64,000 nt of DNA, taken from Hydrogenothermaceae bacterium. Lineage in GTDB: Bacteria; Aquificota; Aquificia; Aquificales; Hydrogenothermaceae. Each line of letters opens with the position of its first letter. Positions within the stretch are counted from its first letter, which is position 1. The stretch covers positions 189,463 through 253,462 of the forward strand of contig JALTUV010000036.1 of assembly GCA_027049315.1 (NCBI GenBank), in the 5' to 3' direction. This document shows positions 51,213 to 60,862 of the stretch, piece after piece. The position numbers and the translations under genes are program-made. Below the pieces are notes generated by a model. The model was not told the origin of the DNA, made no database searches, and worked only from the letters and a program-made list of their open reading frames with translations.

Positions 51213-52806
51213 ATGAAAATAAATTGCCAGAGATACCAAAAGAATGGAAGTGGGTAAGATTAGAGGATGTATCATATTTAATAACAGATGGAACACATAA
51301 AACGCCAAAATATCAAGAAAAAGGTATAAGATTTATATCAATAGCAAATATAAGACCCTTTCAACCTATTAATTGGGATGCTTACGAGAAATATATTTCT
51401 TATGAAGAGCATTTAGAATTAATAAAAAGAGCAAAACCAGAGAAAGATGATATTTTGTTTCCAAGGATTGGAACCCTTGGATTTGCCAAAAGAATAGACT
51501 TTGATGAAGAAGTTTCAATTTTTGTTGGATTAGGTCTTGTAAAACCAATAAAAAAATATGTATTGCCTAAATATATTGAATATTACATGAATACACCTTA
51601 TGTAAATAAATATTCTCATAAAAAGCTACAGGAACAGGAAGATTAACTCTTCCGCTACATGCAAGTAAAGCAATGCCTTTCCCTCTTTCTCCCCTCCCTG
51701 AACAACAAAAAATTGTTGAGATTTTGGAAGAAGCATTTAGCAAAATTGATGCAGGGGTTGAAGGACTTAAAAAGATAAAAAAATTGCTTTCTTTATATAG
51801 ACAAGCGGTTTTAAAGTATGCCTTTGAAGGAAAACTCACTGAAGAATGGAGAGAGAAAAACAAAGATAAACTTGAACCAGCAGAAAAACTGATAGAAAAA
51901 ATAAAAAAAGAAAGAGAAGAAAGATACAAACAAGAGCTTGAAGAGTGGAAAAAAGCCTGTGAAATAGCTAAAAAAGAAGGTAAAAAGAAACCACCTAAAC
52001 CAAAACCACCAAAAGAACTCCCACCTATAACAGAAGAAGAACTGAAAAACTTACCAGAGGTACCAAAGGAGTGGAAGTGGGTAAGATTAGGAGAAGTAGG
52101 AACTGTTTATTCTGGAGGCACACCTTCTACAAAAGTTCCAAGTTATTGGGGTGATGAAATACCATGGATAACACCTGCTGATTTATCAGGCTATAAACAT
52201 AAATATATAAGTAAAGGTAGGAAATCTATAACTAAATTAGGATTAGAAAATTCTTCGGCAGTTTTAATGCCTGCTGGGACGGTATTATTTTCATCCAGAG
52301 CACCTATTGGGTATGTAGCTATAGCGTCAAATCCAGTTAGCACAAATCAGGGATTTAAAAGTATATATCCCTATAAAAGTATTCTAAGTGATTTTATCTA
52401 TTATTATTTGAAATTTGCTAAAGAAATTATAGAAAATATGGGAAGTGGAACCACATTTAAAGAGGTTTCTGCAAAAGTATTTAATTTAATTCCTTTTCCT
52501 TTATTATCTTTGTCTGAACAACAAAAAATCGTAGAAGAGATTGAATATAGACTATCAATAACTGATAAGCTTGAAGAAACAGTTGATAGACTTTTAGAAA
52601 AAGCAGAAAAGTTAAAACAATCCTATCTAAAATACGCATTTGAGGGAAAGCTAACAGAAGAATGGCGAAAACAAAACCCACATTTAATAACTGGCGAAAA
52701 CTCTGTAGATAGATTATTAGAAAAAATCAAAGCAGAAAAAGAAAAATTTGAAAAACAGAAAAAGAAGCCTAAAGTAAAACAAAAATCTTTGATAGGTACT
52801 AAATAG
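51209..52806 (+). pseudogene. hsdS: Type I specificity subunit HsdS, split by a frameshift after TRD1 (51209-51646 plus 51673-52806)
   Basis: TRD1 (LPEIPKEWKWVRLEDV...) ends prematurely. The -1 frame, open from 51622, reads KATGTGRLTLPLHASKAMPFPLSPLPEQQKIVEIL into the central conserved region, then TRD2 (LPEVPKEWKWVRLGEV) and a C-terminal repeat (AFEGKLTEEW). The slip is at A5, 51620-51624. ATGA overlap with hsdR. Confidence 0.7.
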
Positions 52807-54776
52807 TGAAATTAAAAAGTTTAAAAATAAAAAATGTAAAAAGCTTTAGAGATGAAACGGAATTTAACTTTCATGATGATTTTAATATCTTAATTGGAAC
52901 AAATGGCGGAGGAAAGAGTAATCTTTTAGATATTATTTCTATAGGATTAAAATATTTCTTATTTAATGGCTATACTTATAGCGAAAACTTTGATACAACA
53001 TACCAAAGATTAAATAGAAACATTAATCAAATTCCATTAGATACGTTATCAAGAAAATTGGAAAAATTTTACGGATATGTTAACGACAGTTCATTTATTG
53101 AGTTTGGTTTAATTTTAGAAGAACAAGATATTGAAATAATAAAGCTTGTTCAAAGCTATTTAAATAAAATAATTTCAGTTCTTGAACAAACTTTCAACAA
53201 TGGAAAGCATTTAATACAACATTTAAACTTAAATAGCTTAAGTAGTCTTGATATAAGTTCAATTCCAATTAATCAAGAGATAAAATTTAAATTTGTACAT
53301 AATCAACTAAGTTTTTCAGAAACAAATATTAGGCATCATACTGCTCAATTTATACAAAACTTTTTCAAAAGTTATGAAATTTTTAGAATTGCGAGTAATT
53401 ATATAGAAAATCTGAAATTACCACCTTTATTATTATTCTTTAGTCCTTATAGAAACTTAGAAATTAACAATCTTTCAATAATGCTATCAAACTTTAACTA
53501 TCCTGCTGAATATGAGAAATTATTTACATCTTCTTCTAAAGACACCTTAAATTTAACTAGACTTGCTATAGCTTATTTTGGAGAAAAAATGAGAGATTTC
53601 GAAGTTAAATCAAAAATTGATACTTGGGAAGAAGACGAAGAAGTTAAATTGGTTAGTAAATATTTAAATAAATTGGGGTATGGTTGGAATATAAAATTAA
53701 TAGATAAAATAAAAAATACTTATGAAATAGAATTAATAAAAGATGGTCAAGGTTTTTCAATTGACAATGCAAGTTCAGGTGAAAGGGAAATAATAAATTT
53801 CCTTTTTGGGATATTTGCCTTCAATATAAAAAATGGATTAATAATCATTGATGAGCCAGAACTTCACTTACATCCAAAATGGCAAAAAATATTATTAGAA
53901 CTATTTGTAGAGCTATCAGAATTAACAGGTAATCAATTTATTATTTCTACCCATTCGCCTATTTTCATTAATGAAAAAACTTACAATCATGTTGTTAGAA
54001 TTTACAAAGATAATGAAAATGTTAGCCGAGTAATTACTATTCAAGATAAACCATATTTAAAAATCAAGGATTTACTTCAACTTATTAACAGCACAAATAA
54101 TGAAAAGATTTATTTTGCAGATGCCGTTATATTAGTTGAAGGAATTACAGATAGAATAGTTTTTCAAAAAATTTTGGATGATATTATTGAAGAACAAAAT
54201 ATCAATAAGAACATTGAAATAATAGAAGTTAAAGGAAAATCAAATAGAGAAAAATTTAGAGTATTTCTCAATGAATTAAAAATACCTAACTTCTTTATTG
54301 GAGACTTTGATGTAATTACTAACTTAGATGGTTCTGAGGAAATAAAAGAAATATTTAAAACCAATGAAGAAAAAATTTATAAAGATGTAATAAAAAATAA
54401 AAACAGTAAAGATGGTAAAGAATTAGTCCACCAACTAGAAAAAGCTGTGGAAAGCTGTGATTGTGGTGATTTAAAAGAGCTATGGGAATATATAAAATAT
54501 CTAAGAAAAGAAATAAAAATTGATGCATTAAATGAAGAGGATAAAAGGAAAATATATGAGTTTATAGAAAACAAAAAGGCAGAAAATATTTATATATTAC
54601 CTAAAGGTGAGATTGAGGATTATTTACCTGAAGGATATAAAACAAAAGATGTTGAAAATGCAATTAAATTAATCAATTCTCCAGAAGATTATAATAAGTG
54701 GAAAGAAACACCTGAGTACAAAGAACTTGAAAAGTTGATAAAAGAAATAATAAATAAAATTACTTCAAGAGGTTAA
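52806..54776 (+). CDS. OLD-family / PARIS (AriA-AriB fusion)-like ABC-type ATPase plus Toprim nuclease
   Basis: 656 aa; Walker A GTNGGGKSN; Walker B/D-loop IIIDEPELHLHP; H-loop ISTHSP; C-terminal Toprim-like VILVEGITDR...FIGDFDV. The GTG start overlaps the hsdS stop (TAGTG); the stop is 4 nt before the hsdM ATG. Confidence 0.65.
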   Translation: MKLKSLKIKNVKSFRDETEFNFHDDFNILIGTNGGGKSNLLDIISIGLKYFLFNGYTYSENFDTTYQRLNRNINQIPLDTLSRKLEKFYGYVNDSSFIEFGLILEEQDIEIIKLVQSYLNKIISVLEQTFNNGKHLIQHLNLNSLSSLDISSIPINQEIKFKFVHNQLSFSETNIRHHTAQFIQNFFKSYEIFRIASNYIENLKLPPLLLFFSPYRNLEINNLSIMLSNFNYPAEYEKLFTSSSKDTLNLTRLAIAYFGEKMRDFEVKSKIDTWEEDEEVKLVSKYLNKLGYGWNIKLIDKIKNTYEIELIKDGQGFSIDNASSGEREIINFLFGIFAFNIKNGLIIIDEPELHLHPKWQKILLELFVELSELTGNQFIISTHSPIFINEKTYNHVVRIYKDNENVSRVITIQDKPYLKIKDLLQLINSTNNEKIYFADAVILVEGITDRIVFQKILDDIIEEQNINKNIEIIEVKGKSNREKFRVFLNELKIPNFFIGDFDVITNLDGSEEIKEIFKTNEEKIYKDVIKNKNSKDGKELVHQLEKAVESCDCGDLKELWEYIKYLRKEIKIDALNEEDKRKIYEFIENKKAENIYILPKGEIEDYLPEGYKTKDVENAIKLINSPEDYNKWKETPEYKELEKLIKEIINKITSRG

Positions 54777-54780
54777 TACA

Positions 54781-56214
54781 ATGACTCAATCAGATATAGT
54801 TCAAAAAGTTTGGAATTATTGTAATGTTTTAAGAGATGACGGAGTAAGTTATGGAGATTATTTAGAGCAACTTACATATTTATTATTTTTAAAGATGGCT
54901 TATGAATACTCTAAACCACCATATAACAGAGAATCCATTATTCCTAAAGGTTTAGATTGGGAAAGTTTAAAATCAAAAGAAGGTTCAGAACTTGAAGCAC
55001 ATTATATAAAAATTCTCCAAGAACTTGGTAGAAAATCAGGATTATTAGGTCTAATCTTTAGAAAAGCACAAAATAAAATCCAAGACCCAGCAAAATTAAA
55101 AAGATTAATATCTCTAATAGACCAAGAAAACTGGGTAGGTTTAGATATAGATGTAAAAGGTGAGATTTATGAAGGATTGCTTCAAAAGAACGCAGAAGAT
55201 ACAAAAAGCGGAGCAGGTCAATACTTTACACCAAGACCTTTAATTAAAGCAATTGTTGAAGTTATGAGACCACAGCCAAATATGACTATTTGTGACCCTG
55301 CTTGTGGAACAGGTGGATTTTTAATAGCAGCTTATGAATATATAACAAAACACTATCCATTAGATAAAGAACAGAAAGAGTTTTTGAAAAATAAAGCCTT
55401 TAAAGGATGGGAGATAGTAGATAACACAGCCAGACTTTGTGCAATGAATCTTTATTTACATGGAATTGGTGGTGAAAATAGTATTCCTGTAATTGTTCAA
55501 GATGCGTTAGCTGTTGACCCAGGAGAGAGATTTGATATGGTTCTCACAAATCCACCTTTTGGAAAGAAAAGCAGCATAACCATAACAAACGAAGAAGGAA
55601 AGGAAGATAAAGGAGGATTAATATATCAAAGAGATGATTTTTGGGTTACCACATCAAACAAACAACTTAACTTTTTACAACACGTCAAAACAATTTTAAA
55701 AATAAATGGAAAAGCAGCTGTAGTTATACCTGATAACGTTTTATTTGAAGGTGGAGCAGGAGAGGTTATTAGAAGAAAATTGCTTCATGAATTTGATGTC
55801 CATACACTTCTTAGACTTCCAACAGGTATATTTTATGCACAGGGTGTTAAAGCAAACGTCTTATTTTTCGATAAAAAGCCTGCCAGAGAAAAACCTTGGA
55901 CAGAGAAGCTTTGGATTTATGATTTTAGAACAAACAAAAAATTTACACTAAAGAAAAATCCTCTTAGATTTGAGGATTTACAGGACTTTATAAAATGTTT
56001 CAATCCAGAAAATAGACTTGAAAGAAAAGAAACAGAAAGATTTAAAGCTTTTACCTATGATGAATTAATAAACAGAGACAAAGTAAACCTTGATATAACC
56101 TGGCTAAAAGATAAATCTTTAGATGACATTGAAAATTTACCACATCCTGATGAGTTACTATCTGAAATTCTTAATGAAATAGAATCTATATATGAAGAAT
56201 TTAGAGATATTTAG
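54781..56214 (+). CDS. hsdM: Type I restriction-modification N6-adenine DNA methyltransferase subunit
   Basis: 477 aa; an HsdM N-domain, motif I DPACGTGGFL, motif IV LTNPPFGKK. Apparently intact. Confidence 0.9.
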   Translation: MTQSDIVQKVWNYCNVLRDDGVSYGDYLEQLTYLLFLKMAYEYSKPPYNRESIIPKGLDWESLKSKEGSELEAHYIKILQELGRKSGLLGLIFRKAQNKIQDPAKLKRLISLIDQENWVGLDIDVKGEIYEGLLQKNAEDTKSGAGQYFTPRPLIKAIVEVMRPQPNMTICDPACGTGGFLIAAYEYITKHYPLDKEQKEFLKNKAFKGWEIVDNTARLCAMNLYLHGIGGENSIPVIVQDALAVDPGERFDMVLTNPPFGKKSSITITNEEGKEDKGGLIYQRDDFWVTTSNKQLNFLQHVKTILKINGKAAVVIPDNVLFEGGAGEVIRRKLLHEFDVHTLLRLPTGIFYAQGVKANVLFFDKKPAREKPWTEKLWIYDFRTNKKFTLKKNPLRFEDLQDFIKCFNPENRLERKETERFKAFTYDELINRDKVNLDITWLKDKSLDDIENLPHPDELLSEILNEIESIYEEFRDI

Positions 56215-56260
56215 AGTTTTGCAATAAGAGTATATTTAAAGTTCGCCCAACCTTTTCTTT

Positions 56261-56614
56261 TGGTGGAGGCGGGGGGAATCGAACCCCCGTCCGAGAACAG
56301 CCCTCGCACGGGCTTTCTACAGGCTTAGCCTGTGATTAAGGTTTCGCCTGCAGCGTCCCCACAGGCAGGGCTACTGCAGGCTATCCCCGTAAGAGTTTCG
56401 GGAAGTGCCTCAGGGGAGCTTGGCACTCCCCTATCCCGTGTATCTGTCGCCCTTCCTGAGCCCACGGGCAAACTCAGGAGGACGTCGCTGCGCTAATTAG
56501 GCAGCGAGAGCGAGTTCACGTTCGGGAATTGTTTGCGCTTGGTTTTTTACGGAGTTCTCCTTCTCCGGCCTGCTTACCCGGCTCGGCTGTTCCCGTCGAA
56601 CCCGCATCGCCCCC
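56261..56614 (-). ncRNA. ssrA: tmRNA (ssrA), 354 nt
   Basis: 5' GGGGGCGATGCGGGTTCGACGGG...; 3' tRNA-like end GGTTCGATTCCCCCCGCCTCCACCA (G3:U pair in the acceptor). The internal tag reading frame ends ...PERELALAA-TAA. Confidence 0.8.
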
Positions 56615-56652
56615 ATATTCAATTGTGGCATAAATATATTTCTATTTTTTTA

Positions 56653-57672
56653 TTATGCAAGTATCTCGTGTACCACTTTTACAACGATTATACCTCCAAA
56701 AAATAAGAACAGGAATATAATAAACGCAGAGTATATAGGCTTCATGCCTACACCTTTTATTTTATTAATGTTTGTTTCAATTCCCATAGCCCCCATCGCT
56801 ACCGTTAATAAAAAACCGTCGATTACGTTAATTCCTGACACAATATTTTTAGGAATTACGTGGGTTGAATTGACAATAACCATAGCGATAAACCCAAAAA
56901 CGAACCACGGTATAGGTATATCCCTGAGTGTAACTCCTGCACCGTGGGTTGCATGTTTCTTTGCAAGATTAAAGCTCAAAGCTATTAAAAGAGGTGCCAA
57001 CATCATAACCCTTGTAAGTTTTGCAATAGTTGCAGTGTTTCCTGCATCAAGGGAAACCGCAAAACCTGCAGCTACAACCTGTGCAACTTCATGAACAGTG
57101 GCTCCTGTCCAAAGACCGTATAAAATGTCATTAAAGTCTAACAATAATCCTGCTTTATAAACGACAGGATATATAAACATAGCTATTGTCCCAAATATCG
57201 TTACAGTTGCTACAGCCATAGCTGCATGGTGCATCTCTGCTTTTACAACAGGTGCAGTGGCAAGGACTGCAGAAGCTCCACATATTGAACTTCCTGATGC
57301 TATTAGATAGCTCATCTGACTATCAAGTCCAAATATTTTCTTTGATACCCATACACCAAGTAAAAAAGTTCCAACAAGCATTATTGTATCAACTATTAAG
57401 CCTTCTAATCCTACAGAGGCTACCTCCTGAAGTGTCAATCTAAAGCCAAGGAAAACTATTGCTATTCTTAGTATTTTCTTTAAAGAAAAAATAATTCCCG
57501 GCTTAAAATTTTCAGGAAACTTTACTACGTTTCCCAAAACAATCCCAAGAAGAATAGCTATTATAAGAGGACTGAAATTAACAGTTGATTTGATAATTTC
57601 TAAGTTTGATAAAAATGTTGCCACAACAGCAAGAGAAAAAGTAACAGTGAGACCGGGTATTAATTTTATCAT
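56653..57672 (-). CDS. Polytopic inner-membrane protein (possibly a UPF0324/YeiH-type transporter)
   Basis: 339 aa, about 10 TM helices. The family call is tentative. Confidence 0.45.
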   Translation of the reverse strand: MIKLIPGLTVTFSLAVVATFLSNLEIIKSTVNFSPLIIAILLGIVLGNVVKFPENFKPGIIFSLKKILRIAIVFLGFRLTLQEVASVGLEGLIVDTIMLVGTFLLGVWVSKKIFGLDSQMSYLIASGSSICGASAVLATAPVVKAEMHHAAMAVATVTIFGTIAMFIYPVVYKAGLLLDFNDILYGLWTGATVHEVAQVVAAGFAVSLDAGNTATIAKLTRVMMLAPLLIALSFNLAKKHATHGAGVTLRDIPIPWFVFGFIAMVIVNSTHVIPKNIVSGINVIDGFLLTVAMGAMGIETNINKIKGVGMKPIYSAFIIFLFLFFGGIIVVKVVHEILA

Positions 57673-57832
57673 TTATTACCTCTCTGCATTTATGTAAAAC
57701 AAAATTATAAATAATACAAGCATATATAATAATTTGAAAATATTAATATCCTTATTTACATTTTGCTGATTACTTGAATAAAGAAAAATGGGTATATAAA
57801 TTTATAGGTTAACACTGATTCAGAGGTTTGCG

Positions 57833-60442
57833 ATGGAGAAAGTCTCCACACCTATGTTAGCCCAATACCATAAGATAAAAAATGATTATCAAGACGCACT
57901 TCTTCTATACAGGTTAGGTGATTTTTATGAGCTTTTCTACGAAGATGCAGTAATTGGAGCTAAAGAGTTAAATATTGTTTTAACTAAGAAAAAAGTTGGA
58001 AAAGCTGCATCAATACCAATGTGCGGTATTCCTTATCATGCAGCTGATAGTTACATATCAAGGCTTGTCTCTAAAGGGTATAAAGTAGCAATATGTGAAC
58101 AGCTTGAGGATGCATCAAAAGCAAAGGGTATAGTAAAGAGGGATGTTATAAGAGTTATAACACCCGGGACTTATTTTGATAATGAAAAATTCAAAGCATC
58201 CCTTTTATCTTTATATCCTAAAGGTAAAAATTACTATATAGCTTATTTAGACCTCTCAACTGGAGAGTTTGACGTAGGTGTACTTGATAAGGACAACCTT
58301 ATATCTTTTATAGGAAAATTTCAGCCAAAAGAAATCCTTATTCCGAAAGATTTATCCATTCCTGAAGTTAAGGAGCACTTTAAAACAGTGTTTTTCACAG
58401 AACTAACTGAAGATTTTTTCTCCTTTGATTCGGTTAAGGAGATGTATAATTTCTTTGGTGTTTCTCATTACTCTGCATTTGGAATAGATGAATTCCAAAA
58501 GGACGTTATCTATCCGGCTTCGGCTGCGGTTAAATATGTGAAGACCACTCAAAAATCTTTCTTACCGTTTATAAATCCGCCAAAGATTTATACAGATGAC
58601 AGGTATGTCAGACTGGATTACTCAGCACAGAAACACTTGGAACTTGTTCATGCTAATGACGGAAATATACCTCTCTTCAGAGTAATAGACAGAACACTTA
58701 CAGGTATGGGAAAGAGGAGGCTAAGGTTCTTCCTCCTTCATCCTCTAAAGGAAAAATCTCTCATTGAAAAGAGACTTGAAGCTGTTGAAGAGCTTGTAAA
58801 TAACAATGAACTAAGGGAAAAAATAAGAAGCAGACTGGATAACATTTTTGATGTTGAAAGACTTATATCAAAAATAACATCAAACACACTTACTCCAAGG
58901 GATATGATAGCCCTGAGGGAATCCTTAAAGGAGATAAGGGAGTTAAGAGGTTTGGGGAAAGAGGTAAAATCTGAGCTATTGAGGAGAATATTTAAAAAAA
59001 TCGAAGATTACACATGGTTGATTGATAAGTTAGACAGGACACTCGAGGATAATCCTCCTATTCATCTGAAGGAAGGAGGTCTTATAAAAAAAGGTGTGAA
59101 CGAAGAATTAGATGAGTTAAAAGAGATAAAGGAGAAGGGAAATAAATGGATAAAGGAGTATCAGGAAAAACTCAGACAAGAAACCGGAATCCAAAGTTTA
59201 AAAATTGGATTTAACAAAGTTATGGGTTATTACATAGAAGTTACAAAACCAAATCTTAAATTTGTTCCTGAGTACTTTAGAAGAAGACAGACCCTTTCAA
59301 ATGCAGAGCGTTTTATTACAGATGAACTTCAGAGATTTGAAGAAAAGATTTTATCTGCTGACGAAAAGATAAAAGCCTTTGAGTATGAGATTTTTATGAA
59401 AATAAGAGAAGAGGTATCTCTTCTATCAGGCAGGATTGCAAAAACAGCTCAGAATGTTGGAGTTTTAGATGCTATAACGTCAATTGCCCAAATATCTGTA
59501 GAAAAGGGATGGGTAAAGCCGGAGATTACCGATGATTTTGATATTTACATAGAGGAAGGATACCATCCAACAATAAAGGAATTTGCGAGGGACTTTGTGC
59601 CAAATACTCTTAAGATGAACAAAAACAGTTTTTTCCACATTATCACAGGTCCAAATATGGCAGGAAAGAGTACATTTATTAGACAGTCAGCTATTATCAT
59701 AATACTTGCCCAAATGGGTTCCTATATCCCTGCTCAAAAGGGAAGAATAGGAGTAGTGGATGCTGTACTAACAAGAATCGGTTCCGGTGATGCCCTTGCC
59801 AAAGGTCTATCGACGTTTATGGTAGAAATGCTTGAAATGGCAAACATAATAAACAATGCCACAAACAGGAGTTTTATCGTTCTTGATGAAGTAGGAAGAG
59901 GAACAAGTACTTATGATGGTATTTCTATAGCTTGGGCGATATCTGAGTACCTTGCAAAGAAGGTAGGAGTAAAAACACTCTTTGCTACTCATTATCATGA
60001 ACTTACAGATTTAGAATCACAGATAAAAGGTGTTAAAAACTTCCATATGGAAATTAAAGAGGATGGAGATGAGATTATATTTCTGTATAGACTGATGGAA
60101 GGATTTTCAAATAAGAGCTATGGAATCCATGTTGCAAAATTAGCGGGTATTAAAGAAGAAATAATAAAAAGGGCTTATGAAATCCTGTATCATTATGAGG
60201 AGAAGCATTATATAAAAGCAGACGAAGATGAGAAATTAGAAATAAAACAACCTGTTGAAGAGTTTAAAGTAGAAGAGAAGGAAGTTCTTCCACTTTTTAG
60301 AGAAATAGAAAATTTAGGTCAGTCGGAGAATGAAGAAATTATTAAAAAAATTGAAGAAATAGATATTGGAACAATAACACCGGTGGAAGCACTGCTAATA
60401 CTCAATGAACTAAAACAGAAAATAAAACAGAAGAAGAGCTAA
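57833..60442 (+). CDS. mutS: DNA mismatch repair protein MutS
   Basis: 869 aa; the N-terminal mismatch-binding domain (MLAQYHKIK...GDFYELF), Walker A GPNMAGKST, and a C-terminal HTH/dimerisation region. Confidence 0.95.
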   Translation: MEKVSTPMLAQYHKIKNDYQDALLLYRLGDFYELFYEDAVIGAKELNIVLTKKKVGKAASIPMCGIPYHAADSYISRLVSKGYKVAICEQLEDASKAKGIVKRDVIRVITPGTYFDNEKFKASLLSLYPKGKNYYIAYLDLSTGEFDVGVLDKDNLISFIGKFQPKEILIPKDLSIPEVKEHFKTVFFTELTEDFFSFDSVKEMYNFFGVSHYSAFGIDEFQKDVIYPASAAVKYVKTTQKSFLPFINPPKIYTDDRYVRLDYSAQKHLELVHANDGNIPLFRVIDRTLTGMGKRRLRFFLLHPLKEKSLIEKRLEAVEELVNNNELREKIRSRLDNIFDVERLISKITSNTLTPRDMIALRESLKEIRELRGLGKEVKSELLRRIFKKIEDYTWLIDKLDRTLEDNPPIHLKEGGLIKKGVNEELDELKEIKEKGNKWIKEYQEKLRQETGIQSLKIGFNKVMGYYIEVTKPNLKFVPEYFRRRQTLSNAERFITDELQRFEEKILSADEKIKAFEYEIFMKIREEVSLLSGRIAKTAQNVGVLDAITSIAQISVEKGWVKPEITDDFDIYIEEGYHPTIKEFARDFVPNTLKMNKNSFFHIITGPNMAGKSTFIRQSAIIIILAQMGSYIPAQKGRIGVVDAVLTRIGSGDALAKGLSTFMVEMLEMANIINNATNRSFIVLDEVGRGTSTYDGISIAWAISEYLAKKVGVKTLFATHYHELTDLESQIKGVKNFHMEIKEDGDEIIFLYRLMEGFSNKSYGIHVAKLAGIKEEIIKRAYEILYHYEEKHYIKADEDEKLEIKQPVEEFKVEEKEVLPLFREIENLGQSENEEIIKKIEEIDIGTITPVEALLILNELKQKIKQKKS

Positions 60443-60708
60443 ATTTCACAGTTTTTAATAATAGCATTGTACGCCTCTTCTGTATTTTTAAATTTCCCAA
60501 CAATCTTTTTGTTTTTTAGACATTCCGATATGTAAATATCCTTATCCTTTAGTTTTAAGATTATACCTATATACTCTTTATTATCTGTAATAACATCCAT
60601 AAAAGGGTCAGAAACGTGAATTATCGGTTCTACATCTTTATCAACAAAAGCAAAAGAGCCTGTAAATAGAGTTAATACAGTTAAAAATAAGCCTATACTT
60701 TTCCTCAT
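60439..60708 (-). CDS. Small exported hypothetical protein
   Basis: 89 aa with a signal peptide (MRKSIGLFLTVLTLFTGSFA). Confidence 0.45.
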   Translation of the reverse strand: MRKSIGLFLTVLTLFTGSFAFVDKDVEPIIHVSDPFMDVITDNKEYIGIILKLKDKDIYISECLKNKKIVGKFKNTEEAYNAIIKNCEI

Positions 60709-60862
60709 TTCTCACCTCCTTTAATTTTTTAAAGAAAAAAGTTCTCTAAAAGGTCTCCTTGAAAATTGGAGAACTTTGATTTGTGAAAGAGGTTAACATT
60801 ATATTTATACGGGTTTATAACTATTATGATTAGAATCATTATAATTATATTGGAGGGAGAAA

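Noticed and set aside
56744-57094. 116-aa plus-strand ORF inside the 56653-57672 membrane-protein gene
   Set aside because: It is antisense to a 10-TM coding region. Its hydrophobicity mirrors the opposite strand, and it has no RBS.
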